A stretch of DNA of 63,877 bases, filler included, from Kipferlia bialata (Eukaryota): assembly GCA_003568945.1 (NCBI GenBank). It is 6 parts of 5 records of this genome, joined end to end, with 100 filler letters (N's around TTAATTAATTAA, not from the genome) between each part and the next. Parts side by side here need not be neighbours in the genome. Positions count along the whole stretch, not along the records: positions 1 to 15,520 come from BDIP01000693.1; positions 15,621 to 31,136 come from BDIP01000694.1; 4 more parts are not named here. One strand, written 5' to 3'. Position 1 is the first letter of the stretch. The number at the start of each line of letters is the position of its first letter. The notes under the pieces were generated by a model. The model saw nothing but the letters and a program-made list of their open reading frames with translations, was not told the DNA's origin and ran no database searches. A program made the position numbers and the translations under genes. Positions 11,428 to 25,466 of the stretch are shown in pieces.

Positions 11428-13947
11428 TCACTTGTCTAAGTTGCAGACCCACAGGATGGCGATGTAGTGGCATATGGTGCCTCCCATGACAAAGAAGTGC
11501 CACAGAAGGTGTCCAAAGGGTACTAGTATGAGATTAAGAGAGAGAATTGCTATATACTATAGACTATGTGCCACCCATGACAAAGAAGTGTCACAGAAGG
11601 TGGCCAAACGGTACTGTAATGAGAGAGAAATAGAGAGAAGCCATATAATATAGCCTCTGTGCCACCCATGACGAAGAAGTGCCACAGCAGATGGCCAAAG
11701 GGGACTGATATGAGATTGAAAGAGAGAACTGCTATATATTATAGACTATGTGCCACCCATGACAAAGAAGTGCCACAGCAGATGGCCAAAGGGGACTGAA
11801 ATTAGACGAAAGAAAGAGAGAAACTGAGATATATGGAGAAACTCTCTAGTAGTCTACTAGACTAGTAGAGAAGGAAGAGGGCGTGTTTGATAACGGTAGA
11901 TACACATATACTTACCAACGTGGTCAGTTGCATAGAAGATGACACCCAGAGAGTAGGAGAGACCGCCTGCAACCAGCCAGATGATCCCTGATGTTAGGGT
12001 GTAGAGAGAGATAAAGTAAAACAGACACCCTCCCTCCAGGGTAGATAACGTCTCTATTTAGAATGTAGACAGAGAAAGAGGGAGAGAAGGAGACACATAC
12101 CTGGGATTGGCATGACTGCCAATAAGGGCTTTGCCGCCAGGATGCCTATCCAGCCCATGACTAGGTAGAACCCAGTAGATGCCTGAAGGGTAATAGAACA
12201 GCACTCATAATAGTACACCCATATATGTATATCTATTCCCAAGGTATAGAAGGAATTTGAAAGTATATATGGAGAGTACCTGTGGGTGTGCGTGCGAGTC
12301 ACCGCACAGCTTGAACAGTATCCCCCCCACTGCTAGGCCCCACTCTGCTACCAGGAAGGGCCACCTGACATCAGATTGGCGAAGATATATACTATTTTAC
12401 TCATAATAGTGTATAATGACAGGGAGTTTCTCCACTCTGCCCCAAGGAAGGGCCATCTGATATCAGACACACAGTCTTCTATATACATGGCATGAAAGAG
12501 CCTATGTTCCCTTCATTGTTGTCTCATTGGATGCATACATAGAGAGAGAGAGTCTTACCTCCATGGGTCATCCAGGACCTCAAGGATGAAGGGGGTGTAG
12601 GTGCCTGACAGTGAGAGTCTTATGTATATATAGGAATGAATACACACTTTGTTATTGTGTTACAATTGTGAACAATACGACAAACTATACACATGCTATG
12701 AGAAAGAACTTGAGAGGTAGAAACAGAATAGACATAGGCATGTGTTGAGAAAACCCACCAGCGATGAGCAGGTATATCACTGTGTGGTCGACCAGTCTGA
12801 ACCAGGCCTTGAGGGCAGTGCACCTTGGGTAAAGTAGTAGAGTATCCTAGATATATACAATACACGTGGAAGATGTATATCTACAGCATTCTAGAATGTG
12901 CATGTATGCTGTCGTCAAATATATTGGTACTGGACTTTACATTCAGGAGTCTATACCTACTATGATGGTACTACTCTATATGAATATTCCTACCTTGTTG
13001 GCACTGCGTGGTAGATGGTGGAGCCGAGGTAGAGTATGAACCTGGAGAGTGAGTGGCAGCATACACGATGAGTGGATGTGTACTCACCTGCTTACTGCCA
13101 TGATTACTCCACCTACCACAGTGACACATTTCTAACAACAACAGAGTGACTTGTAAGTACTGTATATACTGTATACTATACAGCATGACTCACATGCTTG
13201 CCACAAAGACAGCTGTCCCCACCACTGTGACTGTGTCCCCGTGCTCGGCAGCATGGGAGCTGGCAGTAAGATGTATACATAGCATATATATATAGGTAAG
13301 ATAAACCAATTGAGAAAGAGGGAAACACGTATCCTCCAGGAAGAGTAGAAAGAAGTGCCCCTGCTACCATAATAGTTATACGGCATATTACTACGTACCA
13401 TATATGTATAGTGAATATACGTGCATATGATTGGTAAGCATTCAGCGCTACGCAACGTACAGCAGATTGGGTGCAAACACGAGTGCCCCAGCTGCCATGA
13501 GACCATGGCTGATGGTGTTGGCAATCTCCTCACCTAAAAGTAAGAAGACAGCTTATATAATAATCGCTGAACGGTCTATATTGAGAGAGAGCATGAACAG
13601 GGCCAATGATGGAAAGCACTAATTTGGCTTTGACTCTTGTCATATTTCAACAGTCACTCACCCGTGGTCTGAAGTCTCTCCCTCGATATGACCCTGGGGA
13701 GGAGAGCCTCCTCTCTTTCCTAGCAGTGAGAGAACACATGCACACTATAACTACTTCATATAGACTTGGGAGACGAGTACTATACTAGTTTCCATACCTT
13801 CTGCCTTGCTGCTATCCCATTGTGAGACACAGCGATGGTGTGCTTGTGGAGAGCAACTCCCTCCCCATCCCCCTCTCTCTCATTGTCGACACCCACATCA
13901 TACGTGTCAGCAGGTGATGACTGTACAGTAGTCTCAGAGTCAGGCAT
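11428..13947 (-). CDS. Hemolysin III / PAQR family integral membrane protein
   Basis: Spliced peptides EEIANTISHG, STIYHA, DHTVIYLLIAGTYTPF, FYLVMGWIGILA, WLVAGGLSYSLGVIFYA, PFGHLLWHFFVMGGTICHYIAI match the HlyIII/PAQR motifs. ATG at 13947, TGA at 11428-11430. Confidence 0.92.
11476..11797 (-). repeat. ~91-bp tandem array of acceptor + 5' part of the last HlyIII exon
   Basis: Four copies encoding PFGHLLWHFFVMGG. Confidence 0.95.
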
Positions 13948-14279
13948 AGTCTAGCACTACTATGGACACACTCACGCCTGAAGAAGGCTATTGTAGGCTT
14001 CGTGATGACGAATTTGGGGCTCTGTTGAAACTCTCACTGTAGACAACTGTTGTTAATGTAGTTGCGTCTTGCACAATTGATAGGGTCTGTTAACAGTAGT
14101 GATTGAGGTCCTCAATTTGAGGATATCTCCTGATATACAATGGGTTCGAGTGATCAGTGCGATGCACTAGTTGATGTGATCAATGGTGGAGAGCCTTCGC
14201 AGCTTAAAGGCATGAGATATTAACGCCAGGTGCCTGACTTGCAAGTGTGAAGGGCGAATCACAGGGTGTGTCTTCGACC

Positions 14280-15520
14280 ATGGTTGTTTCTGCCATTCAG
14301 TGCTGCATATGCCAGACCTGCGACAAAGCACCGTGGCTTGTCACGCCATGTGGACACCCGTTTCACAGGAGGTGCCTGGAAGAGTGGCTTGCAACTTCGG
14401 TTCCCACCTATAACAGGTAATGATTCTTGTACCATTGTCGTTGTTCTTCTATAACCCAAAGCCTTAATTCTTTAAGTGATTTCTTGATACATTATCCTGA
14501 TCGCATATGTGTTTTTGCGCGGTTAAAGCAGTTCAAATTATGATTACCTCCAGGAAGCAAGATACATGCCCTGTGTGTAAGAGTCATGTCAGTCTGGACG
14601 ACTGTACCCCACTATATCTGCAGGTATGTCTTTGTTAGTGAATACTGATATGTGTTGTCTGGTAGAGTTGGTGTATCGGACGGTGATACCTGAGTAGTAT
14701 TGTAAGCGGTACATGAGGAATCGGGTCTTACAACGGAGTCCTGTCTCTCACTACCAGGACAGCTTGGCAACGTTCTCAGATAGCCCTTCTCCAGACAGCC
14801 TTATGCCACGCAACTACAAGTGTACCAGTCAGAGGGCCAGCCAAGGGGTACTCCCCGTGACAACCCGATCTACTATTATTTCCCCAGATAGTTCGACACC
14901 TCTATTGTCTTCGAGGTCCTCTCTTGACTCCGTTGTGTCGTTGGTGAGACAATGGCGTAGATGGGGGCACCTGGTTACATCATACTCAGCATCAATAGGT
15001 GAGTACCAGATTGCTGGTCATATAGTTATGAACAATTCTGTTTACTCCATTGAACTTGCCTATCCACTCACCGTGAAGCACTCTCTTTCGACTCATACCA
15101 GCCTGTCCCTCGGTGATGTCCAGACGGTTAGAGGACCTTTGCCACCTCCTGATCACTCCCATAGGCATGTTCAGTCAACAGTCTGTTCTACAGATAACGA
15201 TGTTATCCTATGTGTTAGAATGAAACTCATCCCAGCTTTGCCTTCAGACGATGTGCACAATGTAGCCATAGAGCTCTCACAGTGGCAACATAACTGTCTT
15301 CTCTTCCTGCATACTGTGAACTTGAAGCGGTCAGGCAAGTCCCAAAATGCAACGTTAATCTCTGTCATGCTAGGTCTGATAGGATTCCCGTGTTGTAATG
15401 GCGTACCCGTTTTCTTCTCAAGTGACCAATTATATGAGACAGACGTACTGTACGAGTCCTATATCACTAGGGCTCGCGAGATCAAACGGTCGAAACGCTT
15501 CATACTTTCATCCATCCATG
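14280..15520 (+). CDS. N-terminal RING-H2 finger protein, paralog B (3'-truncated by contig end)
   Basis: Exons 14280-14416 and 14554-14623 splice to MVVSAIQCCICQTCDKAPWLVTPCGHPFHRRCLEEWLATSVPTYNRKQDTCPVCKSHVSLDDCTPLYLQ. The next exon starts at 14758. Confidence 0.8.
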
Positions 15521-15620
15521 NNNNNNNNNNNNNNNNNNNNNNNNNNNNNNNNNNNNNNNNNNNNTTAATTAATTAANNNNNNNNNNNNNNNNNNNNNNNN
15601 NNNNNNNNNNNNNNNNNNNN
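15521..15620. other. Artificial contig/scaffold spacer
   Basis: N44-TTAATTAATTAA-N44, stops in all six frames, exactly 100 nt. Confidence 0.97.
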
Positions 15621-15909
15621 AGACAGAGTGCACAAAGGGAGAGGGAGAGGGGGAGAGAGAGGGGGAGGGGGAGGGGGAGGGTGGCACGGTAGATAAGGCT
15701 GGTGATGCTGTGAGAGAGAGACTTGGCAGAGAGGGCGAGTGCCTCTCACACTATGTATCTAGGTATCGCTGGTCTGGTGAAATCTGCAATACTTGAGAGA
15801 TATACTGATTGGTACACGTCACTGATTCCCCCAGGCTATCCGGCGTTACCACGTTCCTCTCCGACATCGCCCCTGTGCTCAGGGAGGACACACCGCAGTT
15901 CACTAGGTA

Positions 15910-15957
<48 letters not shown>

Positions 15958-18900
15958 ATGCATGATGCAGCGCCCAATGTGCGGGACCTCACAGGTATAA
16001 TGACCGTTGAGCCTGGATATACACATCTCATACCAGCACCCTAGTCCAGACCTTTGGCTAAATATATCTTATATCTCATTTATATATATATATATATATA
16101 AAAATATATATATATCTTATCATATATATATCTTATCCTATATATACATCTCATACCAGCACCCTTGTGCAGACCTTTGGCCCCTTTGCTGCTGTGGCAC
16201 TGTCCACATACATAGCCAGGATAGAGGCACCCCAGGTACATATATGGATATAGACATACATATATATATATGTATATGTATATATATATGTATGTGTTTG
16301 GCAAACATATACACAGTAGGCAGGATAGAGACCCAGGTACATGGGATGTCTGTCGGCTATGACACTGATATGTCTTGAGATGTACATATGTCTCGCTGGG
16401 TCCTCCCTGCTATCATCCACATATTTTATATTATATATATATATATATTATATATTATTGTAAAGCTATATGTATTCACTACACTATTCTATGATGATAT
16501 GTGGTGTAGTATTATGATTTTGACCAACCACAGGGCTTTGAGGGCGAGAGAGAGAGAGACGGAGGGGTAGGTGACAGCGACCTGGGGGGATCCCTATCGG
16601 CAAGGTATACTCCCGTGTTATACACAAGTGTTCGACATTCATATATATATCGTACCGACACAGTGCAACAATGATACTTATAAGAGACGTGTATTTTCGA
16701 GAGTCTCACTTCTAGACTGTCCGGTCGCTCAGACAGAGAGAGAGAGAGACAGGGGCTGAGTCTTGAGGACTCAAGGGGCCACCCCCACCCCCACACTCTG
16801 AAGGGGCCAGATAGGAGTAGGCGCAGGGAGAGTGTCTCTCGGAGCAGACGGCGGATGAGTATAGGCTCAGGTACTGTATCCGGTAGTCTACACTGTCACC
16901 GGATTGCGATCACATCCTCTCTCTCTCTCCATATATATATGTATAAGGTATAAGTATGTATAGCCATACCATTCACTGTCAGGCAGTCTGAGTGGGAGCA
17001 GGATAGGCAGCATCAGACACCTCGACAGGGGCAGGGACATGGACGGGGACAGGTGGTGTAATTAGTATATATATATATACCAACTATATTAGTATATATA
17101 TATGTACTATAATGAGTCATGGCAGGGACATGGACGGAGACAGGTGCAGGGGTGTTTGTGATGTCGTGTGTTTGTGGGGAAGAGAGATGGTTTCATATTG
17201 TTATATTAGTCGTCCCATTAGTGACGCTCATACGATTGTTGGTCAGTATAGTGTGCTGTCCCTCTTGAGTCTGTCATACTGAGCGTTCTAATTGATATTT
17301 ATATGCACAATAATGAGTCTATTCTAATGGCAGGTGGAGAGCTGCCAAGATCCGTGAGAGAGAGAGAGAGAGAGGACGCGAGAGGGAGAGAGAGAGGCAC
17401 CCCCGGCAGATCTCTGGTGGATACACTGGATCTCTAAGAAGTGAGTGTTGCAGTGGTTGCTTTCATCCCTCCACGTGTCTTCATTGCTTCGCCCACATAT
17501 TCTCTCTCTCTTTCAGACCAACCCCAGACCCCCCTGTCACTGTCATCGGTCTCCCTCTCTCTCTCTCCCTCTCTCCCTCCTTCCTATATACTACATGTCC
17601 CCCTTACCCCAACCCCAGACCCCCCCATCTCCCCTGTCACTGTGATTGGTGTCAATGCCAAGGACCAGGACCCGTCCAGACTGGGCAGTGTGCTGTCATC
17701 GTTCAGGTACATGGCACATATCTCTCTACATAGACTCTGTATTAATGGTATATGCAATATATGACTAGAACATATCCGCATGGCAGTGTGCTGTCATCAT
17801 TCAGGTGCATGTGACTATATCACTATATGTAGTACGTTTATGCTATTGATTCTTTATACACAATTTATATATCATTGCCATTAGTGTAACACTCACCAGT
17901 ATCGAGACTGAGTAGTGTCCTGTCATTGTCCATTGTATGTATGGTATGTCTAGTGTATTGTGTGTATGTCCTGACCCCAGTGACAGTGAGTCCTTATATA
18001 TGTAGTGAATGTGTATATATGCACACTATGTATATATGTGTGATGCCTCTCCCCCCAGTGACAGTGAGTCCTCTGACATTGGGGTCGAGATGGTTGTGGT
18101 GTCCAATCACGACATGGACAGTGACACCGAGGAGAGCAGCGACATACAGGTGAGAGGGGTGTTGGGAATACTACCCACTCACAGAGGTGTGTGTGGTGGA
18201 TATACCAGTATGTATTGGATTGTATACACTGACACCATGTCAGTGTGTCGTGTCAGGATATACCATTACATATATATACATACATATATATATGTATTGT
18301 ACCCTTAATACCAGGTCAGTGTGACGTGTCAGGGTATACCACTATGTATATTGTGTTATTAATACCAGGTCAGTGTGTCGTGTCGGGGTGTGCTGCAGCG
18401 GGAGAGGGGGGGGGAGGGGGATGGGGATGGGCCTCTGTCCACTATTCTAGAGACAGAGACACAGGGAGATGGGGGTCCAACCCCTGCCGAGGATGCTATT
18501 CCAATGGAAGACCCTGGTGCAATGGAGCCCTTCAACTGCTCGTGCCTGCTGGCCCCAGGTGACATAGAGAGAGAGAGAGGGAGGGAGGGAGAGGCAGAGG
18601 CACAGAGCGGGGCAGCACAGGGGGAGGCCTCCTGTGTATTAACACCAAACCAGTACAAGGTACATGTGTGTGGATATATGTGTGGTTGTGTGTGTCCAGT
18701 GGTGACATTGGAGATCTGTATCCCCATTCCCAGGTTACCTCCCATCTCAGGGCCGCCTCCCAGTGATATCAGTTTCTTTTTGTGTATAGTGTGTATGATT
18801 ATCATTATATATATGGCCTCTAGATCATCAACTCACCCCATCCCCTGCTCTCCAACCATATATGATTATTATGTATAATTATAGTTGTATAGTATATATA

Positions 18901-20531
18901 TTTATAGTTAGTATAGTATATATAGTTATAGTTGTATAGTATATATATATGAGAATGTGTGTGTGTGTGTCATCACACCCACCCCCAGGCCCTACTCTCC
19001 AACCTGGTCTGCTATGCGGACATCCCACCCCCAGTCGGCAGAAACACAGGTGGGCTCATAGATATGTATACATATATAGATATATACATGCACATATGCC
19101 CAGCCACTCCTTAACTGTATAACTGTATTACTGTCCGTTGTCTGTTCGTTGTCCCCCACCCTCACCCCCAGCCAGCCATGTGATACCCGACATTGCAGTC
19201 CTGTGTGGCTACTCGGGTAGGGACATTGACACGTATATGATATACGTCTATGTGATGTTGATAGTGGCTACTCGGGTGGGGGTATTGGATTTAGCACATA
19301 TATATGATCTACTTCTATGTGATGTTGATTTGTTTGTGTTTGTGTGGTGGCTACTCGGGTAGGGGTATACTGCACGTTATATGTGTTGAATTTGTATCGA
19401 TGTGGTCCAAGTATACGGGTCTGCTGTTGGCCCTTCTTGTATCAGTACAAGCATCGGTATCATTACATCATCCGCTGTCATACATGGTACCTTGGCCGAT
19501 GCATGTATACCCTCACTCCCAGGTGATGACATGTATATATATATCTGTATATATACACTCACTGCCAGGTGATGACAGGTATATATATGTATATATATAT
19601 ATATATATACCCTCACTCCCAGGTGATGACATGTATATATATATNNNNNNNNNNNNNNNNNNNNNNNNNNNNNNNNNGTGATGACATGTATATATATATA
19701 TATATATATACCCTCACTCCCAGGTGATGACAGGCAGAGTGCAGAGCCAGTCTTCAACATAGCACAGGCAATGCTTCAAGGTAGGGGTGTCTATATATAT
19801 ATACAGTGATATATATATATACACAGGCACTGCTGCAGGGTATATATCCAATGTGGATATATATATATATATATATATATATATCAAGGTTTCTAACGTA
19901 TCATATGTACCCATCTCTCACTCCAGGCATCCTGGTTGATATATTTATATATATATAGCACAGGCCATCTCTCATCCCAGGCATCCTGGTTGAGTTCCAG
20001 CAGCCCCCCCACAGACTCACCCTCGCTCTGCTCAAGGTACTGTATACTATACTATAATATAGTATAATGTAATATATTATATTATAATATAGGTACTATC
20101 TGACATGTATGAATATATGTGAATATATATAGTATATGGATACCTCATACCTGTACAGAGGCAATCTGACTGGAAGTGTATAATAATCATGGACTATATT
20201 AGGCTCCCTCACTTCATATCCTCTGTGTCATGCCTCTCTGACGATACATGTATGAATGTATATATATCAATCTATATATACTTATGAATTTGTGGATGCA
20301 GTCTATATTTGTGAATAGTGATGAACACTTGTGTAATGAAAAACCCATTTAGAATGTGTTCCACACTCTCGACACATTATTGTGTTCGTGCACACTCTGT
20401 ATCTGACTCCAGGCCACACTGAGGCCCTCAGTACTGCGGAGAGAGGACAGGGAGAGAGAGAGGGGGACTGAGGCCGAGCGGCCTGCAGCAGAGACAGACG
20501 ATGCAGCCAGGTGAGAGATCCCATGCCACCA

Positions 20532-20567
<36 letters not shown>

Positions 20568-22116
20568 CTCTCTCTTCGTCTTCCTCTGATTTCCCAGGTG
20601 GCAGGGCCTGTGCCTGACCTTTGGGGCCGTGACATACACGCCCCTGACCCCTTTCAGAGCGGCACCTGCTGCGGCATCCACACTCAGTACGTATGTGTAT
20701 GTATATAACATGTGTATACATACGTTTCTATACCTATATCTAAGAGTGTTTATTAGTGTGTATCGTATGTCTTCCCAAGCACTGCCAGATGATTCGAATA
20801 CATATATACCAGTTCTTCATCTCCATACACGATTAACCCCAGCCAACTACCCCCACACTCCCCTGTCTCTCTCCCTCTCTCTGTCCCGGACCAAGAGCGG
20901 CAGGGAGAGAGAGCACCTGGAGACAGAGAGAGAGTTTGGCAGGGAGAGTGGCATGATGAGAGATCCACTGGTACGTATGATACACATATACCAATACAAT
21001 AATCTCTCATGTATAATCTCTTCTTACCCATACAATAATCTCTATTCTATATGTGTATTCTCTTCTTATGTATCAGGTCACTCCTAGGGCTGGGGAGAGA
21101 GAGAGAGAGGCCCATATAGAGAGGGAGAGAGAGACGGATACTGTCCCCCACACCCCAGCCGGTAGACTCTCCTTGCTAGAGGGGGATAGACCCCCTAGCT
21201 TCCTATCCCCACAGGTAGCCCATACATACATATATATATATATATATGTATGTATAGTGTATATATTACTGGGTCAATCAGTCAGTTTCCAGCGACTGAT
21301 AGCTGTGTTTCCTCTAATGCCACATATCCATTGCCAATGCGTACAGGGAGCCTTATGAAAGATACTTCTCTTACTGAATCTGATGAATGTCTCTGTATTG
21401 TCTCTATGTATATACATATTTACATCATGTCTGGATTGTGCCTCTACCCCCCAGGTCAGCGAGCTGACAGAGTCCAAGCTCAGACCAAGGTCACTCAACC
21501 CAGGTACCAGCATGTATATCTGTATGTGTGTCTGCATCGAATACCCCCTCCATTTAGCGTCGGACAGTGTCTTCTGGTATCACACGCATGCACTGTGTGT
21601 CTCATAGTACCTTTGTTGTCCTCCATCAAGTGCATCCCTCCCCCCCCCCTCTCTCTCTCTGTCTCTGTATCTCTCTCTCTACCCCAAGGCCGGACGGTGG
21701 GCCGGGACTGGGTGCCGGGTCGGTATCTGCAGTACCTGATGGTCAGATGGGGCAAGAGGGTGGTGGGGCATCTGGCGTACGTGACAAGTGGAAGTGTACA
21801 CGTATTGATGTAGACATATATTATGAGTAGTGAATACTATATATTTGTATTTATACAGCAGTGCTTCTCTGTATGGAGTCTGTTCAACCCCCCACCCCTA
21901 ATACAATATATATATATACATTACTCACCCCCCAGGTACATGCTCCTGTCTGGGCACACCGTCCTCATCACAGCTGCAGCGAGGTAGACAGGGAGTGGTA
22001 TTCATATATACTCAGCACATGTAGTATCAGTGTAGGATCTTGTGTATTAGTATTGTGCATAGTACACATTCTAGTACTCTGCCCCTGACTCAGCACATGA
22101 AGTGTCACTGCCAGTA

Positions 22117-22155
<39 letters not shown>

Positions 22156-22393
22156 AGTACACTGTGCTCTGCCCCTGACCCCAGGCAGGTTGGCCCCAGG
22201 ACGGCAGGGGTCATGGTCAGAATAGCAGAGGCCCTGTCCATATTCACACCCGGCGTCAACGGACAGGTACAGCGTCATCATGTGTGTCTTGTGTTAGTAG
22301 TATATCATTGAGGTAACGGTTACGAAGTGCCACACAACACCTTATCATGTCAAGAAGTATAGAACTGTCTGCCGCCTCTGTGTGATATATGTA

Positions 22394-22428
<35 letters not shown>

Positions 22429-25281
22429 CTATCTACACCCCCCACCCCAGGCCCAATCCGGTCATGTCACATGTACCCGTACTTACGGGCCATTTGTGGC
22501 CAACTCACTCGTTGCAAGGTACGTATATACCATATTGTTTGCGCATTTCTTTGCCATATTGTTATGAGACTCACTTTTGAGCAGTCTTGTATGTCTGTAT
22601 CGTGACGCCAGGATTGTCAAGACCCCAGCTGAGCCTAGACTGAGGGACATTAGGGACATGGAGAGAGAGAGAGAGTCCACAGGGCTCACTGCCATAGTGG
22701 ATGATGTCAGGTGCCAGAGTGTACAGTGACTATAACACTAGTTGGATGATGAAATACACTACACCACTTGTTCTAATGGATGCAGGGGCCAGGGATATCC
22801 ACAGACCCCTTGGGCTGAGAGGGAGAGGGGGCGAGAGAGCGACCGTACCCAGTACGTGGGGTACCTACCCCCCAACTGTGTGGAGATTGACAGCACACAC
22901 AACCTACTAGGTTAGTAGTAGGCCTAGTTGAGTACAAGAGTACAGTGCGACCTCAGTCTATTCACTCCATTCTTTTGTCTGTTCCACTATATACTGTATA
23001 TACAGGTATATTTGTTTACCCCCAGGTGTTCTCCGTCGTCCGTCTTCCTTTGGACGTATCCTTCTGTGCAAGGACGGCCACATTGACACGGACACGGCGA
23101 TCGACACAGACGACCCCATCGAGTACTTCAGGTGTGCATAGTATATATGGATGCATCTAGACATACACAATACATATATAAATATGACATATGCTCTCTC
23201 TCCATACCTGATTCTGTCTGTGTCTATAGATAGATACTGATACTCACCCCAGCAAGATTGAGGTGGACACTGAGTCTGCCAGGCTGGTGTTCATGCACAA
23301 GACTAGCAGAATGGAAGGTGGGATCAGTATCAGTATCAGTATCATAACAGAATGGAAGGTGGGATACGGATTGAGCCGTTGCATACCCAGCGAGTTATGT
23401 CAGTTGCACCTGTCTTAGTAGTACCATCCATTTGCATTGCTACAATAGTATTTGATGCACCTGCCAATTCATATTTGTATTGGTCTATACGTACATATAG
23501 GTGTATAGGTATGCCTCTGACTCCAGACAGGGACAAGGACAATGCTTGGCAGCGCAAGTACCACAAGAACTGGACACATACACTGGCAGGTGGGCTGGCT
23601 CTATAGTATCAATGTCTCTCACATAAATATATAGACATGTGAATATTCATGACACCCTAATAGTTGAACCCACACACTGGCAGGAAGGCCGACTCTATAT
23701 AGTGTATAGTATCTACTAACCGCCTGTCTGGTGAGAACCTCTCAATGTTAGGCCTCCTCGGTCCCCTCACTGACCCTAGGCATCAGCACATCAATGTCTC
23801 TCATGTATATATATATATATGGAAATTTCATGACACCCTTATAGTTAAACCCACACTGACTCTAGGCATCAACACTGAGACCATCAAGCACATGGTGGGG
23901 ACAAACACCCAGGTCATGCCCCCCTCCCCCCAGGCAGCCATGGCACACACACACGCACAGCTGCACTTGCTAGGTATACATACATGTGTGGATATGTCGG
24001 TGCACGATATCTCTCAATAGTACTGGGCTTCTGTGTGTTTCTGTCTGTGTTTATTGTGATTATTATATTACTTTAGTGAATTGTGAATTGTGAATACTCT
24101 GACTGCAGGTCAGCGGGCTCTGCGTGCATTCGTGGTTTCTCTCAGGGAAAGGGAGAGGGAGAGAGAGAGACTCGAGCTCAACACAAGGTGAGTTCCTAGC
24201 TACAGAATTGGCTGGATGGATACAAGTGAATATATGTATACATACTATTATTGGTAGTAGACCTATGTGTATAGTATTCAGTTATACTGGTGGAACTGCC
24301 ACGACTGACGTCAGGAGTGCTAGAGAGAGAGACTGGGACAGAATCAGGGAGAAGGAGAGGGAGAGGGAGAGGGAGAGAGAGAGAGAGAGAGAACCCCTCC
24401 CCTCTGACACCATTGTGGAGTATCTGGCCATTCTGGTGAGTTCTGTTGATTGATAATTATATGTATATAGTTGCTTGTATATAGATATATATATGCGCCA
24501 CACTTCTATTATATCGATTGTCATATATGTGCGGTCGTTGTCTGGCCATTCCAGTGAATGCACGTGTATAGGTCTCTGTGTATTCAACCACACACCGAAT
24601 TTCTATATGTATATACTTGTTATTCCTATATCTGTGTACTCACCCGCAGGTGGTGAATTTCTATGTATATTGTTGTTATTCATATTTCTGTGTACTCACC
24701 CTTAGGTGGGTGTCAATCTGGACCAGTGTAGAGCACAGCGGGAGAGGGAGAGAGGGAGAGAGAGAGACGCCCATGGGGACAGGGGGATGCACAGTGAGCA
24801 GATCCCGTTCCCATTCGACCACGCCGCAGGTGAGGCTCTCTCTCTCTCTCTCTTCTCTTTACTCTAGTGCATTCCCTGCATCCATTTCTATATATTCAGA
24901 GAGTGCAAGTCTCAGAATCTGACCCTTAGGCTCTAAGCAGCAGAAGAGGATCCGGCGTGTCTCTCTGTTTCCAGGTATGCAGCTTCTCTTCCTACCTCTC
25001 TTTCTCTCTGTCTCCGTCTGTCCACCTAGCCTCTTCACGATGATGTGTACGCTTATCACTCTATCAGTACCCCTATATATGCATATACCATATATACCCT
25101 GTATACCCTATATACATATTTACCCTCACCCCAGGGATCACCCCATCCCTCAGACACCCCGTACCCAAGCTCTTTGAGGATGTACACGAGGCATCCATGG
25201 AGCAGATACTGCCGTACAAGCCATTCTTCAGAAAGTAGGGGAGAGGGAAGTATTTACCGAAGACAGTCCTTTCAGGGATAG
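15621..25281 (+). CDS. Large multi-exon hypothetical protein (5'-partial; low-complexity RE/G/D-rich stretches); could be more than one gene
   Basis: About 30 GC-rich islands bounded by ...cccag/GT, e.g. TLVQTFGPFAAVALSTYIARIEAP, DPPISPVTVIGVNAKDQDPSRLGSVLSSF, GRYLQYLMVRWGKRVVGHLA, RDKDNAWQRKYHKNWTHTLA. No family recognised; the stop is at 25177 or 25281 depending on frame. Confidence 0.55.
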
Positions 25282-25466
25282 ACATAGATTCGTTCTTTCG
25301 AGAGATATCCCGGTTTATGGGAGAGATATAGACGGACTGACTTCCTCTTGCATGTATTATGTGCAGTATATAACATCTCAGATCAAATCAAGGGTCATAG
25401 ATGATCGTCACACATATATGCCATTGTTAGGGTAGTTACCCCCTATTTTTGACTATTTGAAATATT

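Noticed and set aside
15521..15620. TTAATTAATTAA motif recurring five times
   Set aside because: It is always centred in a 100-nt N spacer and is a concatenation linker. Synteny across it should not be interpreted.
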